Source: Octopus sinensis
Taxonomy: Eukaryota
NCBI RefSeq assembly: GCF_006345805.1
Contig: NC_043010.1
Location: forward strand, 67,704,001-67,768,000
Reading direction: 5' to 3'
Length of the DNA stretch: 64,000 nucleotides
In this document: piece after piece, positions 25,375 through 38,695 of the stretch
How positions within the stretch are numbered: position 1 is the first letter of the stretch
How the letters are laid out: each line of letters begins with the position of its first letter
Position numbers and translations under genes: made by a program
The notes under the pieces: generated by a model
What the model saw: the letters and a program-made list of their open reading frames with translations, nothing else
What the model was told of the DNA's origin: nothing
Databases searched by the model: none

Positions 25375-27049
25375 TTAGTGTGTATATATATATATGTGTA
25401 TGTATACATCATGTGTGCATGCACACACACATTGTTCAAATTGTCATAAAGCTCTTCATAAAAAATGCAAAAGTCAAAATTTGGAAACACTTTAGGCAGT
25501 TTTGTCAAGTGGTAGTTTAGTAGTAGTTCTATCAGATTATAGTCCTAATATGCTAATGCAATAAAGCTAAATGTTCTTTGTTCATGTATATCTCCTCTAC
25601 TTTAAATGCCATTTCATGTCAGAAGACAAAGCAGTCCTTCATATATCCTTCAGCTGAGTGCATCATACGAAGTGGTTGATCTAATAACTGGTAACTGTGA
25701 AAGAAATGCTTACTAGATGTGTTGATAGTAGATTTAACATTAAAAAAATATCAAATCAGTTTTATTTACTTCAAATATTTTATACTACTAATAGCCCAAC
25801 AATTATAGAAAATAATGAAATGTTGGAGTCAGCCGTTGTAACGATAAAAGTTTGTTGTTATAATTGCTTACTATAGGATGTGAAAGATAAACAATGCATA
25901 AAGTTTTAAGAAAGTATTTATTTACTGTTACGTTACAATACCTTGCCTTGACAGCCAGGTTATAATAAATTCAAAAGCATGCAAAGCAAAGTTTGTGTTT
26001 TTGTCCTCTTCATTGTTTAGTAGTAAATACAGAGAGAGATAGAATGATGTTGTGAGAGAACAGAATTAGAGCTAGTGAGAGTTGTAGGGTGTTGTCTCAT
26101 AGTTGCTGATAGAAAACTTTATTTCTCCCCTTAAGCAAGGTTCTAGCTGGCCAGCCAGACTTCATTCTCATTGAGTCGTCGCCATGTGACTGAACTCATT
26201 GAGTCGTCACCGACTGATTTTTGCTTGGGGTGTTCTTGCTTTTATAACTATCCAGAAGGACAGATATATCATTGAGAACAATAGATTTAGTTGGTGGTCT
26301 TGTTATCTCTATTCTATCTTTTGGTGAAGTAGAAGAAGTTAGAAAGGGTCAAGTAGTGAAGACATTATTTCGGCCTAGCTGAAGACAATCCGGCGAATAT
26401 CAAACTGCTGTCACAGAAAAACCATTGTTCCACTGTGGGAAAAGTCCTGTTGCAGTATTAATTTAAATTTGGCTATGGTGGATCGAATCCACTTCATGCA
26501 TGCAAGATCCACTACATGTTCAATGCAACTGTGAAATCAGTGCTATAGTACAGCAGTGAAACACGGGCTAAATGGATGCTACACAAGGTTGCTAGAAATA
26601 GCCCTAAGTGTGAAATGGCAGCAGCATCGCTTGACAACTGATGCTGGTGTGTTTACGTCCCCGTAACTTAGCGGTTCGGCAAAAGGAAACCGATTGAATA
26701 AGTACTAGGCTTACAAAAAGAATAAGTCCTGGGGTCGATTTGCTCGACTAAAGGCGGTGCTCCAGCATGGCCACAGTCAAATGACTGAAACAAGTGAAAG
26801 AGTAAAGAGTAATGTTTATAAATTGCAGCTCAGATATTCTATTCCCCCACCCATCCACCCATTCCGTCCCTGCAGACGATCGCATTTAAAAATTCGCTAC
26901 TACCATTTTCAGGACTATCTCCCACCACAACTCCCTCCTCTTAGAGCGGCTTCAACGTGGTTGCTTGACATGCTAAAAATAGCAGCTAAGTGTGAATGGG
27001 ACTGAATGATTGGGGCACGCCGAAGGCATTTCTTCAGGCTGTTCGCATT

Positions 27050-28230
27050 GTAAGCACAAGGTCGGCACTTTTGAGGGGAGGGGTATGGTCGATTATAGCA
27101 ATCCCAATACAAGTTCAAATCCTGCTAAGGTCAATTCTCTGCAGGGTCGATAAAATAAAGTACTAGTTGAGTACTGGAGTCAATAAAGTCGACTAAACTC
27201 ATCCTCTCAGATTTTCCGAGCTTGTACCTAAATTACAAATAATTAATACTGTTCCGTAAAATTCTGTCGAGGTCAACTTTGTCTTTCATTCTTTGAGGGT
27301 CGATGGTACCGACCAACCACTCTTCCTCCCAGAATTTTTAACCTCGTACCTAAATTAAAAACTGTTTTGTAAGAATCGTTAGAGCATCGGGAAAAAAATG
27401 TTTAGCGGTATTTGTTCCAAGCTCTTAACATTTTGACTTCAAATTCCGCCGAGGTCAACTTTGCTTTTCATCCTTTCAGAATGGGTAAAATAAAATAGCA
27501 GTCAAATAATGAGATCGACGCAATTAACTAACCCACTCCCATAAAAAAAAAAAAAAAACTGCCGACATTGTGCTTAAATTATTTTAAAACAATTACCGTC
27601 CCGTTTTGGACTGAAAGGTTGGCAGAATCGTTAGATCGTCGGAAAAACAATCTGAAAAAAAAACCCACTTCATGACATTTCTTCTGAATCTATTCGTCCT
27701 TTGTTCAAATCCTGCTATGTTTAGCTTCGCCTTTCGTTCTCTGAGGTCGATAAATTAAAGTACTTGTTGAGAACTGGAGGCGGTAGTATACCCACGAAAC
27801 TGTTGGCCTTGTATCTAAATTAGAAACCATTATTATTAAGGCGGCGAGCTGGCAGAAACGTTAGCACACCGGGAGAAATGCTGAGCGGTATTTCGTCTGC
27901 CGTTACGTTCTGAGTTCAAATTCCGCCGAGGTCGACTTTGCCTTTCATCCTTAAATAAGTCGATTAAATAATATAATCGACTTAATCTGTTTGTCTATCC
28001 TTGTTTGTCCCCTCTGTGGCTAACCCCTTGTGGGCAGTAAAGAACTAAGAAACGTTAGCGCGCCGGACAAAATGCTTAGCGGCATTTCGCTCGTCTTTAC
28101 GATCTGAGTTCAAATTCTGCCGCGGTCGACTTTATCTTTCATCCGTTCGAAGTCGAGCTCTGGGGTCGATGTAATCAGCTAACCCTCTCTCACAAAATTT
28201 CAGGCCTTGTTCCTATATTGTAGAATAAAT
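27050..28230 (+). mobile_element. Cluster of about 6 same-orientation SINE family B-related copies
   Basis: Repeated TTCAAAT(T/C)C(C/T)GC..GGTC(A/G)A..GGGTCGAT blocks of differing divergence. Confidence 0.75.
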
Positions 28231-28838
28231 TACAGTGTAACACAATTTTTGTCCTTGGGAAGCTAGTTATTTCTAAAAAGTAGGAAAATTGGCTAATATT
28301 TCCTTCAAATTTTGCTTTTGTTACATTTATTCAAACCCCAAAGAATTCCTCTCAACATATGGCTATGATGTTCCCCCACTACTCCTATTCATTGTGTAAC
28401 ACGATTTTTGTAATTGCTCCTGAAAAGTTTGAAAATTGGCTAATATTTCCTTCAAATTTCGCTTTTATTACATTTATTCAAACCCCAAAGAATCCCTCTC
28501 AATACATTGTTACGATGCTTCCCCACCACTCCTGCTCATGATCAGAGATGCATATATTGTCAACCACTAAGAGACATGCTCAAGTGATTAAGGTAAGGAA
28601 GTCTGCGGTATTGAGCACAATATTCACTATAACGATATTTCTGCTTCAGCAACTCAGCACTGCGTCTGAAATGTAATGGAAAATAAGTCAGTTTCAAAAC
28701 ATTGATATCCAGGTTACAAAAGCAAAGTTTGAAGGGAATAGTAGTCATTTCCTTTGATTTCCAGATAGAAACAAATCGGAGGCAATACTTACTGACCAAA
28801 GACAAAAAAAATGAAAACTAAAATTTTGTTACACAGTG
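28231..28838. mobile_element. Non-autonomous DNA element with internal ~150-bp duplication
   Basis: Imperfect TIR gtgtaac(a)caatttt / aaattttgttacac; gaaaattggctaatatttcc block occurs twice. Confidence 0.5.
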
Positions 28839-29197
28839 TTATTAATGTAACACCAGCTGACAAAATCGTTAGAGCATCGAGCAAACACTGTATGATATTT
28901 TCTTTTGGCTCCGCTTCTCAATAAAATAAAGTACGGGTTAAGTTCTGGGGTTAATGTAACTGACCATAACCCTTCCATCAGAAGTGCTAGAAACGTTTAT
29001 TGTCGTTACTATGCTGTGTTTTGAGCGGTTTCAGTCGCGTATCAGTTTTTCTGCGCGAGGAGAATTTTTGACTTCTCGCTCAACCATTATCCACTTCTGG
29101 GGGAAGAACCGATGTGGAGTGGTCTTCTGCAACTCCTCTCCCATGGGGCAACGCAGCCAAACTACAAACACAGCGAGAGGAAGGAAGGAAGGAATAT

Positions 29198-29357
29198 AGA
29201 TAGATAGATAGATAGACAGATAAATAGATAGATCGATCGATAGATAGATAGACAGACAGACAAACAGACAGATAGACAGACAGACAGATGGCAGACAGAT
29301 AGATAGACAGATGACAGACAGACAGACAGATGACAGACAGACAGATGACAGACAGAC

Positions 29358-29436
<79 letters not shown>

Positions 29437-29478
29437 CAGATGACAGACAGATAGAAAGATGACAGACAGACAGATGAC

Positions 29479-29517
<39 letters not shown>

Positions 29518-29556
29518 GAGACAGATGACAGACAGACAGAGAGATGACAGACAGAT

Positions 29557-29596
<40 letters not shown>

Positions 29597-29603
29597 GGCA
29601 GGC

Positions 29604-29634
<31 letters not shown>

Positions 29635-29641
29635 TAGATAG

Positions 29642-29672
<31 letters not shown>

Positions 29673-29795
29673 GACAGATGACAGGCAGACAGATAGATAG
29701 ATAGATAGACAGATGACAGACAGACAGACAGATAGATAGATAGATAGACAGATGACAGACAGACAGATAGACAGATGACAGACAGACAGACAGAC

Positions 29796-29850
<55 letters not shown>

Positions 29851-29893
29851 CAGATGACAGACAGACAGATAGATAGATAGACAGATGACAGAC

Positions 29894-29940
<47 letters not shown>

Positions 29941-30034
29941 CAGATGACAGACAGACAGATAGATAGATAGACAGATGACAGACAGATAGATAGATAGATA
30001 GATAGATAGACAGATGACAGACAGATAGATAGAT

Positions 30035-30088
<54 letters not shown>

Positions 30089-30208
30089 GACAGACAGACA
30101 GATAGATAGATAGATAGATAGACAGATGACAGACAGACAGATAGATAGATAGATAGATAGACAGATGACAGACAGACAGATAGATAGACAGATGACAGAC
30201 AGACAGAC

Positions 30209-30268
<60 letters not shown>

Positions 30269-30306
30269 GACAGACAGACAGATAGATAGATAGACAGATG
30301 ACAGAC

Positions 30307-30377
<71 letters not shown>

Positions 30378-30420
30378 CAGATGACAGACAGACAGATAGA
30401 TAGATAGACAGATGACAGAC

Positions 30421-30499
<79 letters not shown>

Positions 30500-30522
30500 C
30501 AGACAGATAGACAGACAGACAG
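29198..30522 (+). repeat. 1.3-kb compound (GATA)n/(GACA)n microsatellite
   Basis: Directly visible, with recurrent GATGACA interruptions. Confidence 0.98.
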
Positions 30523-31592
30523 ATATATATAGAGAGAGAGGCATCAACGTCAATATTTGTCAGGTACTTTACTCATCAATCACGAGAGGATGAGAAGTAA
30601 CAAAGTTAAATCGTCAGCGGAATGAGAAATCAATCAGAGAGCAAACAACCTGAATAAATATTCCAAGGACACCCAGAAGTTTCTGTCAATTTGCTATCGT
30701 CAACGGTCGATATTAATCGACGGAAACATTCGCCTAAGATGCTTTAGCAAGCCACAATTAAAATAATGAAACCGGTGAAAGAAAAGCAAGTATAAGCAAA
30801 GAGGGTTCTGTCACAAACTAGTTGCTATTGGGGCATACCTACACAAATGTGCCCCACCTATTTTGTTTCCGCATAACTTTCAGAAAAATGGATATTTTTA
30901 AATGAAAATTTCTACAAATACCTTTCGGATGGGCGTTATCGGGAATTGAATGTGAAAAAGAATGCATACGGGCATGTCACGATTTTTTAAAACTTTCAAG
31001 CTTCATTTTGTAGATATATATAATGTGTGTCAGTACACGCCCAACTTTTTTTTTTTTTCACAACAGAGATCTTTTCACTTTGACCGGCAGATTTTTAAAA
31101 TAATTTCTTTGTAACTAAACACTTTTAAACTTCGTATACTGGTAGAATGTGTTACATAAAACATCTTTTTCTCTTGGCTTCCTTGAGAAAATTCTGTAGT
31201 TTGTAAGCTATTTCTTAGATTCCTACAATCGTAATTAACATCATTTTGCATAGAAAATTTTCTTTAAAAAAATACTCATTTTTCTGAAAGTTATGAAGAA
31301 ACGAATGCAACTCGTGTGAAGTAATCGAAACTCTTCTCCCATTTCACCCCTAATTCTAATGCTTTTTTTTTGTTTTTTCACAACAAATTTCAATATAATA
31401 GGCATAGGAGTGGCTGTGTGGTAAGTAGCTTGCTTACGAACCACATGGTTCCGGGTTCAGTCCCACTGCGTGGCACCTTGGGCAAGTGTCTTCTACTATA
31501 GCCTCGGGCCGACCAAAGCCTTGTGGGTGGATTTGGTAGATGGGAACTGAAAGAAGCCCGTCGTATATGTGTATATATATTTGTCTCGAATA

Positions 31593-31638
<46 letters not shown>

Positions 31639-32365
31639 AAATGAGAAAATGGAGAAATATATCTAAATCAATCATCAACTATCAGTCAATCATCAACTAT
31701 CAGATAATACCGAATCATATACTTTATTAAAACACTACACAATAGCAATGGTGTGTGTATATGTTTGTATGTCTGTGTTTGTCCCCCAACATTGCTTGAC
31801 AACCGATGCTGGTGTGTTTTCGTCCCCTTAACTTAGCGGTTCGGCAAAAGAAAACTTATTACAAAGAATAAGGTCCTGGGGGGGTCGATTTGCTCGACTA
31901 AAGGGCGGTGCTCCAGCATGGCCACAGTCAAATGACTGAAACAAGGAAAAAGAGTAAAAGAGAGAGAGAGTATAATCGTCATTTATATAAAAAAAACTCA
32001 GTGGATGTAGCCGGAGGGCACGATTGTGTAGGCGTGTCTCTTTAGGCTTGGAACTAATATCAAGCCGGGAATATATATCCGCTGACACCGTTAGTATAAG
32101 CTTAGAGTGAGACAGAGAGGAGGGGGTGGAGATGAACCGACGAGCGACCAAGAAAAATATCAGCGAATTTGAAAGAAGAAGCATCAGAAAGCAGCCAGCC
32201 GTGAGAGATTAACAGGTTAATCCAGATTATGTCTAGGAACAACTGAAAGGTAAGCTTACTTTATTCATTATTGTCTCCACTAAAACAAACCAACAAAAAC
32301 AAAAGCATTCCTTGTCTTTTTGTTGTTTATTCATACGTAAAATAGTTTAAACTTTCGAAATATTT

Positions 32366-32411
<46 letters not shown>

Positions 32412-32604
32412 GTAAGAAAATGAAATGGCAAAGGAATAAACGGGTTGCCTTATGTGAACTTCATTAGCTTTCGGCTGTTTCTCTGCAATGTTGTGGTATC
32501 ATAGTTGAGTGCCTGCGTAACTCCTTATAAACTTCGTCGGAACCTCGAATACGAAGTGACATTTATTTGGGGGAAAAGAACTGCATTTCTGCGTGTATGT
32601 ATGT

Positions 32605-32635
32605 ATATATATATATATATATACCCACACAGGTA

Positions 32636-32668
<33 letters not shown>

Positions 32669-33125
32669 CAAACATATATATATATATATATACAAACATA
32701 TATATATACAAACATATATATATACAAACATATATATATACAAACACATATATATATATACAACACATATATATATATATATATATACAAACATATATAT
32801 ACAAACACATATATATATATATATATATATACAAACATATATATATACAAACATATATATATATATACAAACATATATATATATATATACAACACATATA
32901 TATATATATATATACAAACACATATATATTATATATACAAACACATATATATATATATACAAACACATATATATATATATACAACACATATATATATATA
33001 TATACAAACATATATATATATACAAATATATATATATATATATATATATAAACACATATATATATATATATATACAAACATATATATATATATACAAACA
33101 CATATATATATATATATACAAACAT

Positions 33126-33159
<34 letters not shown>

Positions 33160-33214
33160 CAAACACATATATATATATATATATACAAACCATATATATA
33201 TATATATATCAAAC

Positions 33215-33245
<31 letters not shown>

Positions 33246-33310
33246 CATACAAACATATATAGAGAGAGATATATAGATATTGATATAGATATATATATAG
33301 ATATATATGT
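32605..33310 (+). repeat. Compound (TA)n microsatellite with CAAAC(A) interruptions
   Basis: Directly visible. Confidence 0.97.
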
Positions 33311-33361
33311 AAATTCCTCTATTTACATAATATCGAGGTCCCTTTCTTTTGTTGTCTTACC

Positions 33362-33397
<36 letters not shown>

Positions 33398-33404
33398 TTT
33401 TCCC

Positions 33405-33460
<56 letters not shown>

Positions 33461-36400
33461 GGAAAAAGCATCACCAATGAGAAAGTAAATACCTATGCGT
33501 AAGGGATAAAAGCCTCCCATAAATAGAATAAGATTGTGTGTCCCCGTGTATATATATATATAATATATATATATATACAGAGAACCATCTTAGAAGCATT
33601 ATATAGGCCCCCGTATAAATCAATACACTGAATCTTATAAGATTTATTTATTGAGGAGTCACCAGCCGCCTGTGCCCACACCTTAAGACGGTTCTCTCTT
33701 TCTCTCGATAAGTATTTCATAAATGACCCGTTCGTACTTCGGTGTGAAATAATTTTTTCCCACGATTTTTTTCTTTTCGGGTGCATTCAACGTATCTGAC
33801 CTCCAAACCTGACGCGAGCCACTTTTTTCCTGGAAAAGAAAGGGGGAAGGGTAGTTCGGGCCTCGGAGTTTCTCACCTGCGGAGTTTGTTTCGCGAGTTT
33901 TTGTTTTTCTTTTCCGGGTTATTTCGCGTACTGTCAACGAATATAACATTAACATCATGCGGAAACGGCTCCTTTCCCCAGAAAAGGAAAGATTTGGCTG
34001 CTATTTCTAACCACATAACAGCTCTTTGCGACAAAGGATGCCGCTATTTCGCTGATATATAGATTCCGGGTTCAAATGCCGCCGAAAGCGACTTTGCCTT
34101 TCAAATATTATTCGGGGTCGATAGAATAAAGTAACGGTCGAGTACTAGAGACGATGGAAATTTTAGGTTTTGTCTGTAACTAGGAAGACTATATATATAT
34201 ATATATATATATGTCTTTTGCGTGTGTTGTCTAGCGCTGATCAAAAGCTGTCAATCTAACTTTGACCATCACATCTTAGTTTTTACAGGCATGGTTTGAG
34301 AAATATTTGGCTATTGTTTCTAGGCTGTCAATCGACCATGTAGGGACGTGTGTCCCCGTCTCCATATCCTTATATATTAGCAACTTCCTTCATAACTTCC
34401 TTAGATTTTGACAGACGTGTATGTGTGTGTGTGTGTATTGTGTACACCTGCACATATAAGCGTATATATGTGTGTGTGTGTGTGTGTGTGCTTGTAACCT
34501 TTTAACATGACATGCTATCATAGAAGATGTGACCCTCATTCACTATGTTAACAAGTGTCACATTTTGGTGGTGCAAAGCTTTCTTTCTCTTTTGTACTTT
34601 CGTCGCTTTAATTTCTCAATAATATGTATGTCACAAGCAAACAGATGTTTTATTCCGTGTACATATGTATTGATATATAGTCTAAACACATACATTTATT
34701 TACACAACTATCGTGTTATCAAGCTGACGATCTGGGCTTCTCAACGTTATCACTCGACCAGCTTTTAAAATAATAGCGACCAAATCTCCCTCAAATAATA
34801 CTGTCTTAGAAATAATAATAAATGAATAAGACTCGTTGAATAACGTAGTTTGGGGGTTCCCTGTTCATCCAAAAATGACAAGGTGGACACGGCTAGCATG
34901 CCTCTGGTATTAGACTACTCGATTACGGATGACCTGGGGTAAATAAAACAAATCAACAATCACGTAAGATTGGTAGCGGGTGGGGTTCAAATTAGACGTG
35001 TACGTGTGTGTGTTTTGTTTTCAATTACAGGTGCAAGTTGACGACACACAGCTATACATAAAAACACGCACCACTGATTCGTATTGTCCTCATTGTTGGT
35101 TATCAGATCGTCCCGGATCCAGAAGCTAACGAATTTAGTTAGGTACAGAATTCGGTTAATCGTTTTATTAGTCGGGTATTATTGCATAACATTTATATAC
35201 ACCTGAATGGTTTCTGACTAAAAAGAATCCTTCTCCCCCGCGCACACACGTATAGACACATCGTGTATACATATACACATATAATTCGTTTATATATAAA
35301 TAAATGTATACATACTATCACACACAAGTATGTGTGTGTATATATATGTATATATATATATATTATATATATATACACAGGTATGTGTATATATATATCA
35401 GAAGGTTTGGAGATGATGTACAGGTATTATATATTAGAAGAAATAAGGTACTCAGAAATTTAGATGGTTTTATATTTACAGATATTTATTAATATGCCAC
35501 ATGTTTTTAGAAATCATATATTAGCGCTTGCGTCCACTCTAGTGGAGTCTTCAGATTGAACTTTTTCAGGAAATTTGTCTCTTTTTATAGTATTATTGTG
35601 TAGGTGTGAAGAGAGATATAAGATAGTACAAGAGGGTGAGGAATGGGGGGAAAATGAGAGAGAGTGTGTGTGTGTGTGTGTGTGTGCATGCTTTTTTATC
35701 TGAAAGAGGTGTCAATGGAAAAGAGAAGGAAAGGAAGAGAGAAAGAAGAGAAAAATATGTGTTGACATCTTTGCAGCTGGTCAGTTCTTTCAATAGGAAG
35801 TGATTCTTAGCTTTTAGAAATGGCAAATCCAGGTGGCCACTCCAAGAGGGGTAAATGTTATTTTTCAAAACAGTGTCTTGTGTGTGTGTGTGTGTGTGCT
35901 TTTGTATCTGAATGGAGTGTCAATGGAAAAGAGAAGGAAAGGAAGAAGGAAAAGAGAAAAATATGTGTGTTGACATCTTTGCAGCTGGTCAGGAAGTGAT
36001 TCTTGGCTTTTGGAAATGGAAACAGGAATCAAACATTGGATTGAAAGAACTGAACAGCTGTATAGATGTCAACACAATTATTTCTTCTTCCTCTCTTCTT
36101 TCCTCCTCTTTTCCATTGACACTCCTTTTAGATACAGACACACATGCACCCCTACACACATGTATATACATAGACACACACACCCTTTTTACTCTTTTAC
36201 TAGTTTCAGTCATTTGACTGTGGCCATGCTGGAGCACCGCCTCTAGTCAAGCAAATCGACCCCAGGACTTATTCTTCGTAAGCCTAGTACTTACCCTATC
36301 GGTCTCTTTTGCCGAACCGCTAAGTTACGGGGACGTAAACACACCAGCATCGGTTGTCAAGCGATGTTGGGGCGACAAACACAGACACACATATATGACG

Positions 36401-37373
36401 GGCTTCTTTCAGTTTCTTATTTCTTTACTGCCCACAAGAGGCTACACACAAAGGGGACAAACAAGCGGATTAAGTCGATTATATCGACCCCAGTGCATAA
36501 CTGGTACTTATTTAATCGACCCCGAAAGGATGAAAGGCAAAGTCGACCTCGGTGGAATTTGAACTCAGAACGTAGCAGCAGACGAAATACCGCTAAGCAT
36601 TTCACCCAGCGTGCTAATGATTCTGCCAACTTGCCGCAGCTTTTCAGTTTCTGTCTACCAAATCCACTCACAAGGCTTTGGTCGGCCCAAGACTATAGTA
36701 GAAGATACTTGCCCAAGGTGCCACGCAGTGGGACTAAACCCAGAACCATGTGGTTCGTAAGCAAGCTACTTACCACACAGCCACTCCTATGCCTATATAT
36801 GTATGTATATATATATAATAGAAATATTAAAATTACTAAGTCTCTCTAAAGGAGATTACAGCAGCGTTACTGGAAATTAATAGTTATCGCCATTCTAATA
36901 TGGCAGTCTTGTAAATATAAGACTAAAGCTGTCACTGGTTAGCTCCATGAGGCCACCGCCTCTAGCTAGCTATTTGACACACGAACCTGCGTCCATTACA
37001 AGTAAAAGTATGGAGTAGATAAGATCTAGGCTACATATGTTTCATAGTGAGTGGAATCTCAGAAGTGATAAATATCCAAGTGAGGTGTATACCGCAGGGC
37101 ACTCTTCAAGTCAATGATATCTTGATTAAATGCAAGTTTACATTTTCTTAAGGAGGTACATGTCAACACATGGAAGATTCAATCAGAATATGATACACAT
37201 TTATAGGTGCAGGCATGGCTGGGTGGTAAGAAGTTAGAAGTTAACTTCCCAACCACATGGTTCCATGTTCAGTCCCACTGCCTGGCACCTTGGGCAAGTG
37301 TTTTCTGCTGATGTTCCAGACTGACTAATGCTTTGTGAGTGGATCTGTTAGGTGGAAACTGTGTGGAAGCCTG

Positions 37374-37420
<47 letters not shown>

Positions 37421-37555
37421 TAGTGTACATTTAAACACAAAAAGAGGTGAGCCTTAACAGGTTGCCTTACATGCTAGAAAGAACAGTCAAAAGTTCAAAC
37501 CACAGTTAAGAGCAATTTCGAAGGGGAATGAAAAATAAAAACATTTACCATGTTT

Positions 37556-37633
37556 TACAGCTGGACCTTAGGTTTCAACATTTAATTAACAAATAAAATA
37601 GTTTGCAAGGTGAAGTTCTCATCAGCAGGTATA
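37556..37633 (-). ncRNA. Candidate type I hammerhead ribozyme
   Basis: CTG-CTGATGA-[stem II]-GAAAC-CTAAG-GTC-CAG. Stems I and III pair; the base of stem II is imperfect. Confidence 0.55.
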
Positions 37634-38695
37634 CCAAAACATTAACATATAAATTAGAGACAAAATAACACGTGCTTCATCCTTATATATTATAAGTTTT
37701 CAAATCTACCATGCAAGCACAATTTCAATTAGCAGCAAATAAAAAATTAATGTTAGTATTAGTAACTGTATTAATATTTAACAGCTTGTTATTATGTGAA
37801 GAGATAATTTGTTAACAGGGAAAAAATACACTCATCTATTTATATATATATATACACACACACACATACGAAGGGCTTCTTTCAGTTTCCGTCTACCAGA
37901 TCCACTCACAAGGCTTTGGTCGGCCCAAGGCTATAGTAGAAGACACTTGCCCAAGGTGCTCCGCAGTAGGAATGAACCCAGAACCATGTAGTTAGTAAGC
38001 AAGCTACTTACCACACAGCCACTCTTGAGCCTATATATATATATATATATATATATAATGTGTGTGTGTATACCTTCCTGTCCATAAAGGGTTTAAGTTT
38101 ATGGCTTATCGTCAGATCCCAAAAATCTGTTGGCACGTGGCCTCTTAAAATTTTGGAGCCAATCCGACCCCATCTAGTGACCCATTCCAATCCCAAAATG
38201 AGATAAACAAACTTTTCACATTTCAGCTTTATAGATATATATCGCGGAGTAGATGAAACAGAGGCGACTGAAGAAGGGGAATTTTCCGTGTGTTGTATGT
38301 CCTGTACTCTATTTTTTCGTTGTTTAAGAAAAATGTCCACTTCCTTGGTTTTGTGTTTGTTTTCGTTTCTCATTGTGTTCGACGTTTTTTTGGTGTCCTG
38401 TACCCATATATGCGTGTATATATACATGTAGATGTAGATACGTACATATATGTATGTATATATGCATATGCTTTATTTATTAATTTATATATATATATAT
38501 ATATTATATATATATATTTATATCATCATCATTTAGCGTCCGCTTTCCATGCTAGCATGGGTTGGACGGTTCAACTGGGGTCTGGGAAGCCAGAAGGCTG
38601 CACCAGGCCTAGTCTGATCTGGCAATGTTTCTACAGCAGGATGCCCTTCCTAACGCCAAAGCCCTTATATATATATATATATATATATAATTATA

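Noticed and set aside
29162-30553. 463-aa ORF
   Set aside because: Translation of (TATC/TGTC)n.
32505-33262. Several Y/I-rich ORFs of 100-230 aa
   Set aside because: (TA)n microsatellite translation.
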